A DNA stretch of 23,935 nt from an archaeon (GCA_038046625.1 JBBSVV010000007.1:18541-42475), one strand, 5' to 3'. Counted from the stretch's first letter, positions 6,560-15,012 are shown. Notes: generated by a model not told the origin, from the sequence alone. Translations and numbers: made by a program.

Positions 6560-8344
6560 TTACTTGGAGACTTTTTCTTCCGGGATGCAGAACGTTCCCC
6601 TGATTTGTTCAACCTTGTCTTTATCTTTTCCGCCGTTCATGCCCGGGCAGGCAAAGTTCCCGGAGTTCACGGAATCAAGCTGCACAAAGCAGCTCGAATT
6701 ATTGTAATCCGCGGGCGCATAGACGAGAGCCATGTAAACAGGTATTTTGCCAGATTCCTTTGTCGAGTAATCATACTCCATTGACGCGAGTGCAGGTGGA
6801 ATTCCCCAGTTTTTGTTATGCAATGGATAGAAACCGTGGCTGGAGTAATTGTCTATGTAGAACTGAATATTGACAAAACCATACGGGTCATCGGCCGATG
6901 CGGCCGTGCAGTTCATGGTAGAAATCCCGTCGGGTTTCCAGCTGAGCCTGTATTCGTTGAACTTCGGGAACTTTTCATTCGGGAAATCCCCGTTCATTGC
7001 ATTTATGGTTGCGCCGGAAGCCTTGAGTGTGCAGTAAGGCACAGCGCACCTGATTATCGAATCAGCGAGCTTCCCCGTTGAATCATAATGGAAGGAAACT
7101 TCCCGCGACTTTTCATCGAAGGTTGCGTCAACTGCCCTAACGATTACTTTGTATGTTCCATCCGAAAAAGAGAACCCAGTTTCAGAGTCAGTTTTGCCTA
7201 TTGTGTATGAATACTTTCCGTTTCCCTCGAAAGTTATTCCGCTGTCCAGCGCAAGGAGCTTTTTGAAAATTCCAGCTTCATTATTTCCTGCGCTGATTGC
7301 CGGCTCGAACTGGCTGCTCGATATGTTGAGCCTGTAAAGGTAAATGTAATAACCGAAATTCGGCTTCTGCTTTATCATCCAATCAATTTTCACTCCTTTG
7401 TTTCCCGTAATTATTCCGTTCTGCAGCGGTGAAACGATTTCAATGAACCTTGAGCCCGGCTGCTCCGTGCACATTTGTATGTTTGCCGCGCTGCTGATTT
7501 TTAATGGGCCGAGCTTTCTCGAGGCATCCGCATCCAGATCAGTGCCCGTTTTGCCGGTGTTTAACTTGCATGACGCCTCGTATGCGCCGCTTAAATCCCC
7601 CTTCACGGAGTAATCAAAGCGCGCATATGTGTTTCCTGAAGTGTCCTCGAAGTAACCCACAAACCTCGAGCCGCTGTTAGTAGGGAAAGTCGCTTCCGAT
7701 TCAACTGAATTCGTGATGTCGCTTATGCCGCACTGTACAGTGGCTTTGCCGTTGCATGTGTCGCTGATTGTGTTTACGTAAAGCAACTTCACGGCCTTTC
7801 CTTTCGGCGCCTGTTCATTGCACGCCTTTATCTCGTAAATGCTTATGTCCACGAATCTTCCCGCTGCGCGCAGAGAATCCGCGTCCAAATCCGTGTCTCC
7901 CTTGAATGCGTTCAGCATGCATCCCAAATCGTAGGTTCCGCTCAATCCTTTGTCCACGTTGATGTCAAACACCGAAGTGAGGCCTCCGGAATCGGTATCA
8001 TGCGCATTCCACACGATTGATTTTGAAGGCAAATTCCTGTAAAGCTCCAAAGAATTGGTTTTTTTGTCAGTTGAACAGGTCACCTTTATCAGGCCGTTGC
8101 ACATGTCAATATCCGCTTTTGCCTCGGTTATTCCCGGGGGCTTGGTGTAATTGTTAGGGGGAATTACGTTGCTGTTTCCGGGGGTGCTTCCATTTCCGTT
8201 CCCGCTTGTGTTGGCAGGAGGCTGTGCCACGGGCTGCGGCGGCGTTGCTCCGTTCCCCTGCTGGTTCGGCTGTGCCTGCTGGGGAGCGGCACAACCCGCA
8301 ACCAAAAGAGCCGCAATAACCAATGTGGCAAAAACAAGTTTCAT
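6560..8344 (-). CDS. Surface lipoprotein with a duplicated Cys-containing domain
   Basis: Lipobox LLVAGC, P/Q/N-rich linker, two ~97-aa repeats each with CNG..V.C, LSG.Y...C.LN, TDLDAD and C.EQ. Confidence 0.85.
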   Translation of the reverse strand: MKLVFATLVIAALLVAGCAAPQQAQPNQQGNGATPPQPVAQPPANTSGNGNGSTPGNSNVIPPNNYTKPPGITEAKADIDMCNGLIKVTCSTDKKTNSLELYRNLPSKSIVWNAHDTDSGGLTSVFDINVDKGLSGTYDLGCMLNAFKGDTDLDADSLRAAGRFVDISIYEIKACNEQAPKGKAVKLLYVNTISDTCNGKATVQCGISDITNSVESEATFPTNSGSRFVGYFEDTSGNTYARFDYSVKGDLSGAYEASCKLNTGKTGTDLDADASRKLGPLKISSAANIQMCTEQPGSRFIEIVSPLQNGIITGNKGVKIDWMIKQKPNFGYYIYLYRLNISSSQFEPAISAGNNEAGIFKKLLALDSGITFEGNGKYSYTIGKTDSETGFSFSDGTYKVIVRAVDATFDEKSREVSFHYDSTGKLADSIIRCAVPYCTLKASGATINAMNGDFPNEKFPKFNEYRLSWKPDGISTMNCTAASADDPYGFVNIQFYIDNYSSHGFYPLHNKNWGIPPALASMEYDYSTKESGKIPVYMALVYAPADYNNSSCFVQLDSVNSGNFACPGMNGGKDKDKVEQIRGTFCIPEEKVSK

Positions 8345-8439
8345 GCTTAAAATTAAGTTATTTCAGTATATAATCCTAATTGAAAATGCGATTGTTTAAA
8401 TAAGAAAAAGCCCTAATTTCAAGCGGTTGATGTTTGTAT

Positions 8440-8556
8440 GCTGCCATTACGAAAGGGGCCTAAGGTCGGATTTAACAGGCATCTCGCAGCATTTGCCCAC
8501 CTGCTTGGTTTCGGGCCAAAGGAACACCTGCGCATGAGGCAGCCCCCAAAGCCCCA
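8440..8556 (-). ncRNA. Candidate structured ncRNA of unknown family
   Basis: GC-rich intergenic block with several stems whose mismatches become G-U pairs on the minus strand; BRE/TATA-like GCCGAAAATTTATTAT upstream (8587-8572). Confidence 0.45.
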
Positions 8557-8647
8557 GCGCCCTGGGCAATAATAATAAATTTTCGGCTTTTTTTCCTTAA
8601 CCTGTTACTGCTAAAAACTCTTCCGCGCAGAATTCTTTCGGTTTCCA

Positions 8648-9325
8648 ATGAACCAAAAAAAGAACATCGCAATCTGCGTCCCCTCGGGGCGCTTTGTCGA
8701 CTTCAGCTTCTTCAAGTCATACGCGAATACGATAGGGCAACTGATGCTGGCTTACAACACCGTTACCCTTACGGTTGCTTCGCCATTGATTGCGGAGAAC
8801 CGAAACGAAATACTCCGCAAGGCCTTTTCCATTGAGGAAAAAACTCCCGGATTCCTGATTGATTATTTGCTGTGGATTGACAACGACATTTCGTTCTCCT
8901 TTGAGCAGGCCAGGAAACTTTTCTCGCACCTCGAAAGCGGCAAGGATTTCATTTCAGGAACCTACTTCAATCTCGTGGGAGAGGAAATAAAGCCGGTCGC
9001 ATACAAAACAAAGGGCGAGGGCTATGAGTGGCTATCCGAAAAACAATTGTTCGGAACAATGGAAGTTGACTCTGCTGGATTCGGTTTCTGCGCAATGAAA
9101 ATGGATGTTTGCCGAAGAGTTTTCGAAAAATTCAAGCCTCGCCCTTTTGACATGCGCTACCTAGCAAATGGCTCCGTCATTACCGAGGACCAGTTGTTTT
9201 GCGAGCGCGCGAAAGAGCTTGGCTATAAAATATGGCTCGACTCGGAATTGGTTGTGAGGCACGCGAAAGGATTCCTGCCGCCGCAACCTTTTTCTTTCTC
9301 TTACAAAGAGAAAGAAAAACCTTGA
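8648..9325 (+). CDS. GT-A fold (GT2-like) glycosyltransferase
   Basis: IAICVPS, RNEI, LLWIDND (DxD), VDSAGFGF, TEDQLFC, VRH motifs; C-terminus runs into a triplex element. Confidence 0.85.
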   Translation: MNQKKNIAICVPSGRFVDFSFFKSYANTIGQLMLAYNTVTLTVASPLIAENRNEILRKAFSIEEKTPGFLIDYLLWIDNDISFSFEQARKLFSHLESGKDFISGTYFNLVGEEIKPVAYKTKGEGYEWLSEKQLFGTMEVDSAGFGFCAMKMDVCRRVFEKFKPRPFDMRYLANGSVITEDQLFCERAKELGYKIWLDSELVVRHAKGFLPPQPFSFSYKEKEKP

Positions 9326-9341
9326 CGAAAAAGAAAGAGAA
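9289..9341 (+). repeat. Triplex-type element copy 5 (between convergent GT and proA ends)
   Basis: TTTTTCTTTCTCTT-ACA-AAGAGAAAGAAAAA-CCTTGACG-AAAAAGAAAGAGAA; 14/14. Confidence 0.92.
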
Positions 9342-9347
9342 AAAAAA

Positions 9348-10646
9348 TCACTTCAGTTTTTTGTGCAGGAACTTTTTCGCATTTTTTCCTGAATAATCCG
9401 CGACAATGTGCCCATTGCCTTTCAGCAAATACTTGTAGCTTAAAAGCGCTTCAACCCCGCTCGGGCCGCGCGCATGTATTTTCCCAGTTGAAATGCCCAC
9501 TTCCGCGCCCTTTCCATACCTGTAACCGTCTGCAAAGCGCGTTGACGCGTTCCAGTAGACTCCAGCAGAATCAACAGCCTGCAGGAATTTTGCGGCATTC
9601 TTCCTGTCTTCTGTTATTATGCCGTCAGTGTGCTTCGAGCCGAACCTGTTTATGTGTTCGATTGCCTCCTCAACACCCTTCACTGTTTTTATTGAAAGTA
9701 TCAAATCGTTGTACTCCGTTGCCCAGTCTTCTTCACTTGCGTTTTTGGCTTCGAAGCCCGCTTTCCCGAGAATCGCGAGCGCCTTTTCATCGCACCTGAG
9801 TTCCACTTTTCCGGCGAGCGCTTTTGCATACTGCGGCAAAAACTTTTTCGCAATTTTTTCATGCACGAGAAGCGTTTCCATTGCATTGCAGACTGCGGGG
9901 TATTGGCATTTCGCGTCCACGCAGATTTTCACGGCTTTTTTGATGTCCGCCTTTTCATCCACGTACTCGTGGCAGATTCCATCAGAATGCCCAAGCACGG
10001 GAATGCTGGAGTTCTCCTGGATGAACTTCACGAATGCGCTGCTTCCCCTCGGGATAATGAGGTCAATGCGGGAGTTCATTTTGATTAGCTCCTGAACCGC
10101 TTCCCTTGAATCAACAAGCTGCACGGCTTCAAAAGGCAAACCAGTTCCTTTCAGAGCGGCCTGAACGCAATCCAGAAGCGCCCTGTTCGTGTTCAATGCC
10201 TCGCTTCCGCCCTTCAAAATCACGGCGTTTCCCGTCTTGATTGAAAGCGAGCTTATCTGAACAAGCGCATCGGGGCGCGCCTCGAAAACCGCGCAAATTA
10301 CTCCTATAGGAGTTGAGATTTGCTCCAGCTCGAGCCCCTTATCGAGAAGCGTTTTTGAAATAGTTTTCCCCACAGGATCAGGCTGTTTCTTCACCCCTTC
10401 AATCTCATGCAGAATTTCGGAAAACTTTTCCTCCGAGAGAAGCAGCCTTTTCAGGAGCTGTGCTGCAAGATTATTTTTTTTGGCTTCGGCAACATCCTTT
10501 TCGTTTGCGGCAATTATTTTAGCTTTGCTTTTTTTCATTTCCAAAACGATGAGTGCGAGTGCCCTGTCCCTTTCTTTTGCGCTTGAAATGCTCATTGCGA
10601 GAAAAGCCTTTTTTGCGAGAACCGCCTTTTCATTTGCTTCGCTCAT
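9348..10646 (-). CDS. proA: Gamma-glutamyl phosphate reductase
   Basis: PIGVICAVFEARP, LKGGSEA, IIPRGS, CNAMETLLVH, NASTRFADG, EVGISTGKIHARGP. Confidence 0.97.
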   Translation of the reverse strand: MSEANEKAVLAKKAFLAMSISSAKERDRALALIVLEMKKSKAKIIAANEKDVAEAKKNNLAAQLLKRLLLSEEKFSEILHEIEGVKKQPDPVGKTISKTLLDKGLELEQISTPIGVICAVFEARPDALVQISSLSIKTGNAVILKGGSEALNTNRALLDCVQAALKGTGLPFEAVQLVDSREAVQELIKMNSRIDLIIPRGSSAFVKFIQENSSIPVLGHSDGICHEYVDEKADIKKAVKICVDAKCQYPAVCNAMETLLVHEKIAKKFLPQYAKALAGKVELRCDEKALAILGKAGFEAKNASEEDWATEYNDLILSIKTVKGVEEAIEHINRFGSKHTDGIITEDRKNAAKFLQAVDSAGVYWNASTRFADGYRYGKGAEVGISTGKIHARGPSGVEALLSYKYLLKGNGHIVADYSGKNAKKFLHKKLK

Positions 10647-11416
10647 TTTCCCGCCTCAAAAAAAGAGCCGGAACAATTTCCGTCAAGAACGCATTTCACT
10701 GCGCCCTTGCGCGCCTTGCATACTGCCGCGCTTATGCCGCGCGAAACGACTTTCTGCACCGCAAGCGTCTTGGATTTTATTCCGCCCAAACCATATTTTG
10801 ATTTCCGGCCGTGCACCATTTCTCCCGCGAGCAGCTGCTTAAGGCTCCTGATTTTCTTGGCCTTGTGGTTCTCCTTGGGATTCTCGGTAAAAAAACCGTC
10901 TACATCTGTAAGCAGAATCATCAAGTCCGCATTGAAATTCACCGCCATCAATGCTGCGAGCCCATCATTGTCCGAGAACGGCTTTGTTTCCGAAAGCGCC
11001 TCGACCGCAACAACATCATTCTCGTTGATTATTGGAATTGCCTTCATTTCAAACAGCTTTTCCAGTGTGCTTCCCAGGTTTGAAAGCGCGCCATGGTTCG
11101 TGAAGACATTCGGAGTCAAAAGGACCTGCGCAATCACTTGGCCATGCTTCCTGAAAGCCTTTTCGTACTCGCTCATCAGAAGGTTCTGGCCTATGGCGGC
11201 CATTGCCTGCCGTGTCTGCATGTCTGGAGGAAAGCCGCGGTGCATTTTTTCAATTCCAAAGCCTATTGCGCCGCTCGTAACAAGCATGACATCTGAACCG
11301 TTTTTCCGCGCTTCGGAAAGTTCCTGCGCAAGGCTCTTGATTATTGATTTATTTATCCTGTCGCCGCGCATCAGGGCGTTGGTCCCAATTTTTACAACAA
11401 TTCTCTTGAACGCCAT
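10643..11416 (-). CDS. proB: Glutamate 5-kinase (no PUA domain)
   Basis: RIVVKIGT, VTSGAI, AAIGQ, PIINENDVV, FSDNDGLAA, LTDVDG; 257 aa. Confidence 0.95.
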   Translation of the reverse strand: MAFKRIVVKIGTNALMRGDRINKSIIKSLAQELSEARKNGSDVMLVTSGAIGFGIEKMHRGFPPDMQTRQAMAAIGQNLLMSEYEKAFRKHGQVIAQVLLTPNVFTNHGALSNLGSTLEKLFEMKAIPIINENDVVAVEALSETKPFSDNDGLAALMAVNFNADLMILLTDVDGFFTENPKENHKAKKIRSLKQLLAGEMVHGRKSKYGLGGIKSKTLAVQKVVSRGISAAVCKARKGAVKCVLDGNCSGSFFEAGK

Positions 11417-11421
11417 TTTTT

Positions 11422-12198
11422 TTATCTCCCTAACTCCTCGCTCCGTTTGCGCGCGGCCGTAACCGTTTCCGAAATGATTTTTTTGAATTCCCCGCTCTCC
11501 AAAAATTTCCTTCCCGCAACCGTTGTCCCGTTAGGCGAAGAAACCATTTCCACAACTTCAATAGGCCGCATATTATTTTCCTTCAACAATTTTGCCGTGC
11601 CCAGAACAGTATTCAAAGCGAGTTCGCGGGAATCCTTTCCACTCAACCCGTTTTTTTCCCCCGCTTCCGCAAGGCAATCAATGAAATATGCCGCAAATGC
11701 AGGCCCCGAGCCGCTCAGGGCCGTAACCGCATCAAACTTTTCTTCAGGCATTTCAACCGCGCTCCCGCATTTCTCCAAAAGGCTCTTTATTATTTTCTTT
11801 TCCGCTGAATTCAGGTTCTGCGAAGTGAAAACATTCATTGATGCTCCCGCAAGCGCATTGATGTTAGGCATCACCCTCACAATCTTCGCTTCGCCTAGAA
11901 CCGATTTCATTGATGAAATTTTTTTCCCCGCTGCAATCGAAACAACTATTTTTCCCTTTGCATCGCTTTTGATTTCCGAAAGCGTTTCGCCAAGGTCCTG
12001 CGGCTTCACGCACACAAAAATAATGCCTGATTTTTTGGCAGTTTCAGAAGCCGAATCGGCAGCTTCAAAGCCGTCCTGCTTCGCCTTTGCAAGCGCCTCT
12101 TTGTTGCGGTCAAAAATAACCGTTTTTTCCCCTGATTTTTTAAGCGAAGACGCGAGCGCAGAGCCCATTTTGCCGAAGCCTATGAAGCCTATCCGCAT
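11422..12198 (-). CDS. proC: Pyrroline-5-carboxylate reductase
   Basis: GFIGFGKMG, VKPQ, SIAAG, VRVMPN, ALSGSGPA, VSSPNGTT. Confidence 0.96.
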   Translation of the reverse strand: MRIGFIGFGKMGSALASSLKKSGEKTVIFDRNKEALAKAKQDGFEAADSASETAKKSGIIFVCVKPQDLGETLSEIKSDAKGKIVVSIAAGKKISSMKSVLGEAKIVRVMPNINALAGASMNVFTSQNLNSAEKKIIKSLLEKCGSAVEMPEEKFDAVTALSGSGPAFAAYFIDCLAEAGEKNGLSGKDSRELALNTVLGTAKLLKENNMRPIEVVEMVSSPNGTTVAGRKFLESGEFKKIISETVTAARKRSEELGR

Positions 12199-12227
12199 GC
12201 ATTAACTCAACCCAGAAAAAGTATTTA

Positions 12228-12410
12228 ATATCAAAGGACAAAAATATGGATACAAAATTTGTCCTTTGATATAGCAGACCACGAAAGTTTTTCGGCATTT
12301 ATGGTGGTCTGCTAGATAGCAGACCAAAAATGTCGCCGAAATATTTTATTGGTCTGCTATAGCTATCAAAAGACATTTAAAAAAGTTTCAGAATTAATGT
12401 CTTTTGATAT
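12228..12410. repeat. A-B-B-A array of four ~45-bp palindromic units
   Basis: Arms ATATCAAAGGACAAA (15 bp), TAGCAGACCAC (11), ATAGCAGACCAA (12) and TATCAAAAGACATT (14), each with a perfect inverted partner. Confidence 0.9.
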
Positions 12411-12469
12411 AAAATCCGAAGATGCGAGCGGAGCGTTTTTTATGCCCTGGCGCACCAATAATGGTTAAG

Positions 12470-13348
12470 CTAAACAGCCCTTGCAGGAGTCCGATAGCGG
12501 TCCTTGAATAAGGTTTTTGGGACTGTTTTACGTTGCATCTGCTCAAGCTCAATGTAGTCTTTTTTTACTTTTATTTTATGCCTAAATATTGAAATAGGGG
12601 TAAAATTGTACCTGCTGTTTTTTCTTTTTAAACTAAATCCTGATTGAAATCTATCCTTAAAGCCTCCTACTAAGATATCTGCCAACTGCACTCCTTCAGA
12701 ATTTGTTTCTTCAGGTTTTTGATATAATTCTTTAAGTTGTTTTTTTAAGTGGATTTTTCCCCAAATGTCTATATTTACCCTATCGGATGATTTATCTTTA
12801 TTTTTTGGCGAGTTGTGGTATTCTATTTGTGGAACCATGTTATTTTGTTCCATGTATCTGATTTGTCTTTCATATCCTTCATATTCATTTGTTGGGGCTT
12901 CTGCGAATAACAGCCAAACTAACTTTGCATACATTTCTGTTTGACACATTTCACTAAAATATTTATATTTTGCTCCAGTACTAAACTCAAAACTTTTTCC
13001 CTCTTTTTCCATTTTCTGAAATTCATTTTTAAGAGAGCTAAAATTGTTGGTGAATGACACAGCAACATCTAACTTTAAATCTGAATTTAACAAATTTTCC
13101 CAAGCTATTTCACGTCTTTTATAAGATCTTATATCTCCATAATGCAACTCTCTTAGATTTGTATTAAGTTTTTTACGAATATTTGAATGAACTTTTATGA
13201 TTTCATCATGTGAATTAGAATGAACGCATCCAACAAAAAATATTGGCTTGCTCTTTTGTGGTAAACCTTCTTCTGGATCTCCAGATTCATCAAAATATAT
13301 GTATTTTTCTGGTTCAAATTCTTCATAAATAAATTTAATTTTTTTCAT
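12470..13348 (-). CDS. DUF3800-family protein
   Basis: N-terminal YIYFDESGD and C-terminal GVQLADILVG motifs; visibly AT-richer than flanking genes. Confidence 0.8.
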   Translation of the reverse strand: MKKIKFIYEEFEPEKYIYFDESGDPEEGLPQKSKPIFFVGCVHSNSHDEIIKVHSNIRKKLNTNLRELHYGDIRSYKRREIAWENLLNSDLKLDVAVSFTNNFSSLKNEFQKMEKEGKSFEFSTGAKYKYFSEMCQTEMYAKLVWLLFAEAPTNEYEGYERQIRYMEQNNMVPQIEYHNSPKNKDKSSDRVNIDIWGKIHLKKQLKELYQKPEETNSEGVQLADILVGGFKDRFQSGFSLKRKNSRYNFTPISIFRHKIKVKKDYIELEQMQRKTVPKTLFKDRYRTPARAV

Positions 13349-13549
13349 AACAAAATTGATTGTAAACTTAATAAATTTCTATCTGAGTTTTAGAACTGCC
13401 TTAGTGAGGAATTTTTTCTTAGGACTCTGCTTTTCTCGGCTTAAACCTTCGCACATCTGAACCTTTGCTCTTGGTGCAAAGGGTTTAATGCCTCCAAAAG
13501 CAGCAGAGCCGTCCACGAAAAAATTCATCCACGAAAAGGAGGTGGTTTG

Positions 13550-13678
13550 ATGAGTTTTTCTATTCAATCCCCAAATAGGGGTGAAATAGTCAGAGCCATT
13601 GAGGCTATCGAGAATGGCGAGGAGCTTACCGACAGGGAGCTCTGGATTCTGGAAGGGCTAGGGGGCGATTTTGAATGA
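13550..13678 (+). CDS. Small hypothetical protein (42 aa)
   Basis: GGAGGTGG SD; MSFSIQSPNRGEIVRAIEAIENGEELTDRELWILEGLGGDFE; ATGA overlap with the next ORF. Confidence 0.6.
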   Translation: MSFSIQSPNRGEIVRAIEAIENGEELTDRELWILEGLGGDFE

Positions 13679-13827
13679 GTCGCTCCGTTTTCCTTTTCAT
13701 TTTCCTATTTTGCATTGCTCCGTTGTTCTGGCTTTATGTCCTCACAGGGAAAGAGTGGCTTTTGGATTTGGCGATGCATGCCCTTTCCTTTTTCTTCGGC
13801 TTTTCTTTTGCGGAGGCGATTCAATGA
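13675..13827 (+). CDS. Small membrane protein (50 aa)
   Basis: MSRSVFLFIFLFCIAPLFWLYVLTGKEWLLDLAMHALSFFFGFSFAEAIQ; ATGA overlaps at both ends. Confidence 0.55.
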   Translation: MSRSVFLFIFLFCIAPLFWLYVLTGKEWLLDLAMHALSFFFGFSFAEAIQ

Positions 13828-14819
13828 CCGCACCGGCAATGTACCCTTCCAATAACTCTTTGATAAAGGTCAATGAACATCTATCCATGCGATTTAATCT
13901 CTTTGATTTGCACGATTCGGCCGAAGACATTAATGTAAGGCGTTTGATAAGGGTTTACTCCGTTGTGCCAAAATACTCACAATTCAAGTCTGGGCCTTGG
14001 GCGGGGCAGGCTATCAGAGTTACTTCATTTCTTAGAAAGGTGAATGAGAAGCTTAAGAAAGAAATCGGCTCAGGATGGAAAAGAGAATGGCTGAATAACA
14101 TCGGCTATAAGTTTGCCCTGAAAAGTATTGGCGATTGGTTTATTGGGAGGGCTTCGGTTCCTTTAATAGCTTTAAAGAAGCTGGAAGTATTTGGTTTGGA
14201 CTGTGAAGTAAGTGTGCTTCTTAACAATTGTAATTATTTTTCTTGTACCACAAGAGCCCCTTATAAATTGCCGCATTTTTTGACTCCTGATTTGGCATAT
14301 CTAACAGGTGCTATACTTGGTGATGGTCACATAAGAAGGACTGAAGATAAAATTTCCTTTGAGGTTTCCGAAAAATGGCTTTCGAATAAGTTTATTGAAA
14401 AAGTTGTAGCTGTTTTTGAACAAAAATTAAGAGAAAGTATTCGCATAGGCCGTGGGAAAGATAAATATTTGGCGAGGTTTGACAATAAATCAGCTAAAAG
14501 ATTGTTCACAAAAATAATTGGAATCCCTTCCGGAAAAAAGTCGCATATTATCACGGTCCCTGAATTGATAAAAGCGTCTTCAAAAGAATGTCAAACCGCT
14601 TTTCTTGAAGGGGTATTTGACACAGATGGTGGGAGCAGAGGCAAGAACCGCCTAGGTTTAACGAGTGCCTCGAAACAGTTCAGGGACGGCATAATTGATT
14701 TACTTGAAGTGCAAGGTATCAATGCTTTTAAGGATGAGTGGGTAAATAAAATGTATAACCGGTCTTACTACGGATTAAGGCTCTCAAAAGGAGTGAAGCC
14801 AAGCTTTATGCAGGAGTAG
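13824..14819 (+). CDS. Free-standing two-motif LAGLIDADG endonuclease-like protein
   Basis: LAYLTGAILGDGHI and AFLEGVFDTDGG motifs; probable start MTAP at 13824 (GGAGG SD); no intein termini; stop TAG lies inside tRNA-Leu. Confidence 0.88.
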   Translation: MTAPAMYPSNNSLIKVNEHLSMRFNLFDLHDSAEDINVRRLIRVYSVVPKYSQFKSGPWAGQAIRVTSFLRKVNEKLKKEIGSGWKREWLNNIGYKFALKSIGDWFIGRASVPLIALKKLEVFGLDCEVSVLLNNCNYFSCTTRAPYKLPHFLTPDLAYLTGAILGDGHIRRTEDKISFEVSEKWLSNKFIEKVVAVFEQKLRESIRIGRGKDKYLARFDNKSAKRLFTKIIGIPSGKKSHIITVPELIKASSKECQTAFLEGVFDTDGGSRGKNRLGLTSASKQFRDGIIDLLEVQGINAFKDEWVNKMYNRSYYGLRLSKGVKPSFMQE

Positions 14820-14893
14820 CGAAGCGGTCAAACGTGCACGGTTTAGGGCCGTGTGGCTTAGTGCCTTCGGAGGTTCGAATCCTCCCTCCTGCA
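14810..14893 (+). tRNA. tRNA-Leu(TAG)
   Basis: GCAGGAG/CTCCTGC-A acceptor, CACGG-TT-TAG-GG-CCGTG anticodon arm, long variable arm, GTTCGAATC T loop. Confidence 0.95.
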
Positions 14894-14898
14894 TAACC

Positions 14899-14951
14899 TT
14901 TTTTCTTTCTCGTTGGAATAGAAAGAAAAAATGTTAACGAAAAAAGAAAGA
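14899..14951 (+). repeat. Triplex-type element copy 6 (tRNA-Leu 3' trailer)
   Basis: TTTTTTCTTTCT-CGTTGGAAT-AGAAAGAAAAAA-TGTTAACG-AAAAAAGAAAGA; 12/12. Confidence 0.9.
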
Positions 14952-15012
14952 GAAAAAGAACCCTGTCCCGTACGGGGCGAGGAAGCATTAAGGGAAAAGA
15001 AAAGTGTATTAT

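Noticed and set aside
8440..8556. Assignment as TPP riboswitch, HDV-like ribozyme, SRP RNA or tRNA
   Set aside because: Only scattered resemblance; core motifs (CUGAGA, short P3/L3, CAGG-GNRA-AGCA, T arm) are absent or misplaced.
10707..12205. Long plus-strand ORFs of 251 and 252 aa
   Set aside because: Antisense shadows of proB and proC; the same applies to ORFs opposite hisS, map, polB and the HerA-like gene.
12228..12410. CRISPR array
   Set aside because: Arms alternate in orientation, fall into two types, have short centres, and no cas genes are in the window.
13671..13823. N-terminal extension of the LAGLIDADG ORF in the track
   Set aside because: Better explained by a separate 50-aa ORF in another frame and an SD-preceded ATG at 13824.
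13824..14819. Intein- or intron-encoded endonuclease
   Set aside because: No intein terminal motifs, no interrupted host gene, and the adjacent tRNA is complete.
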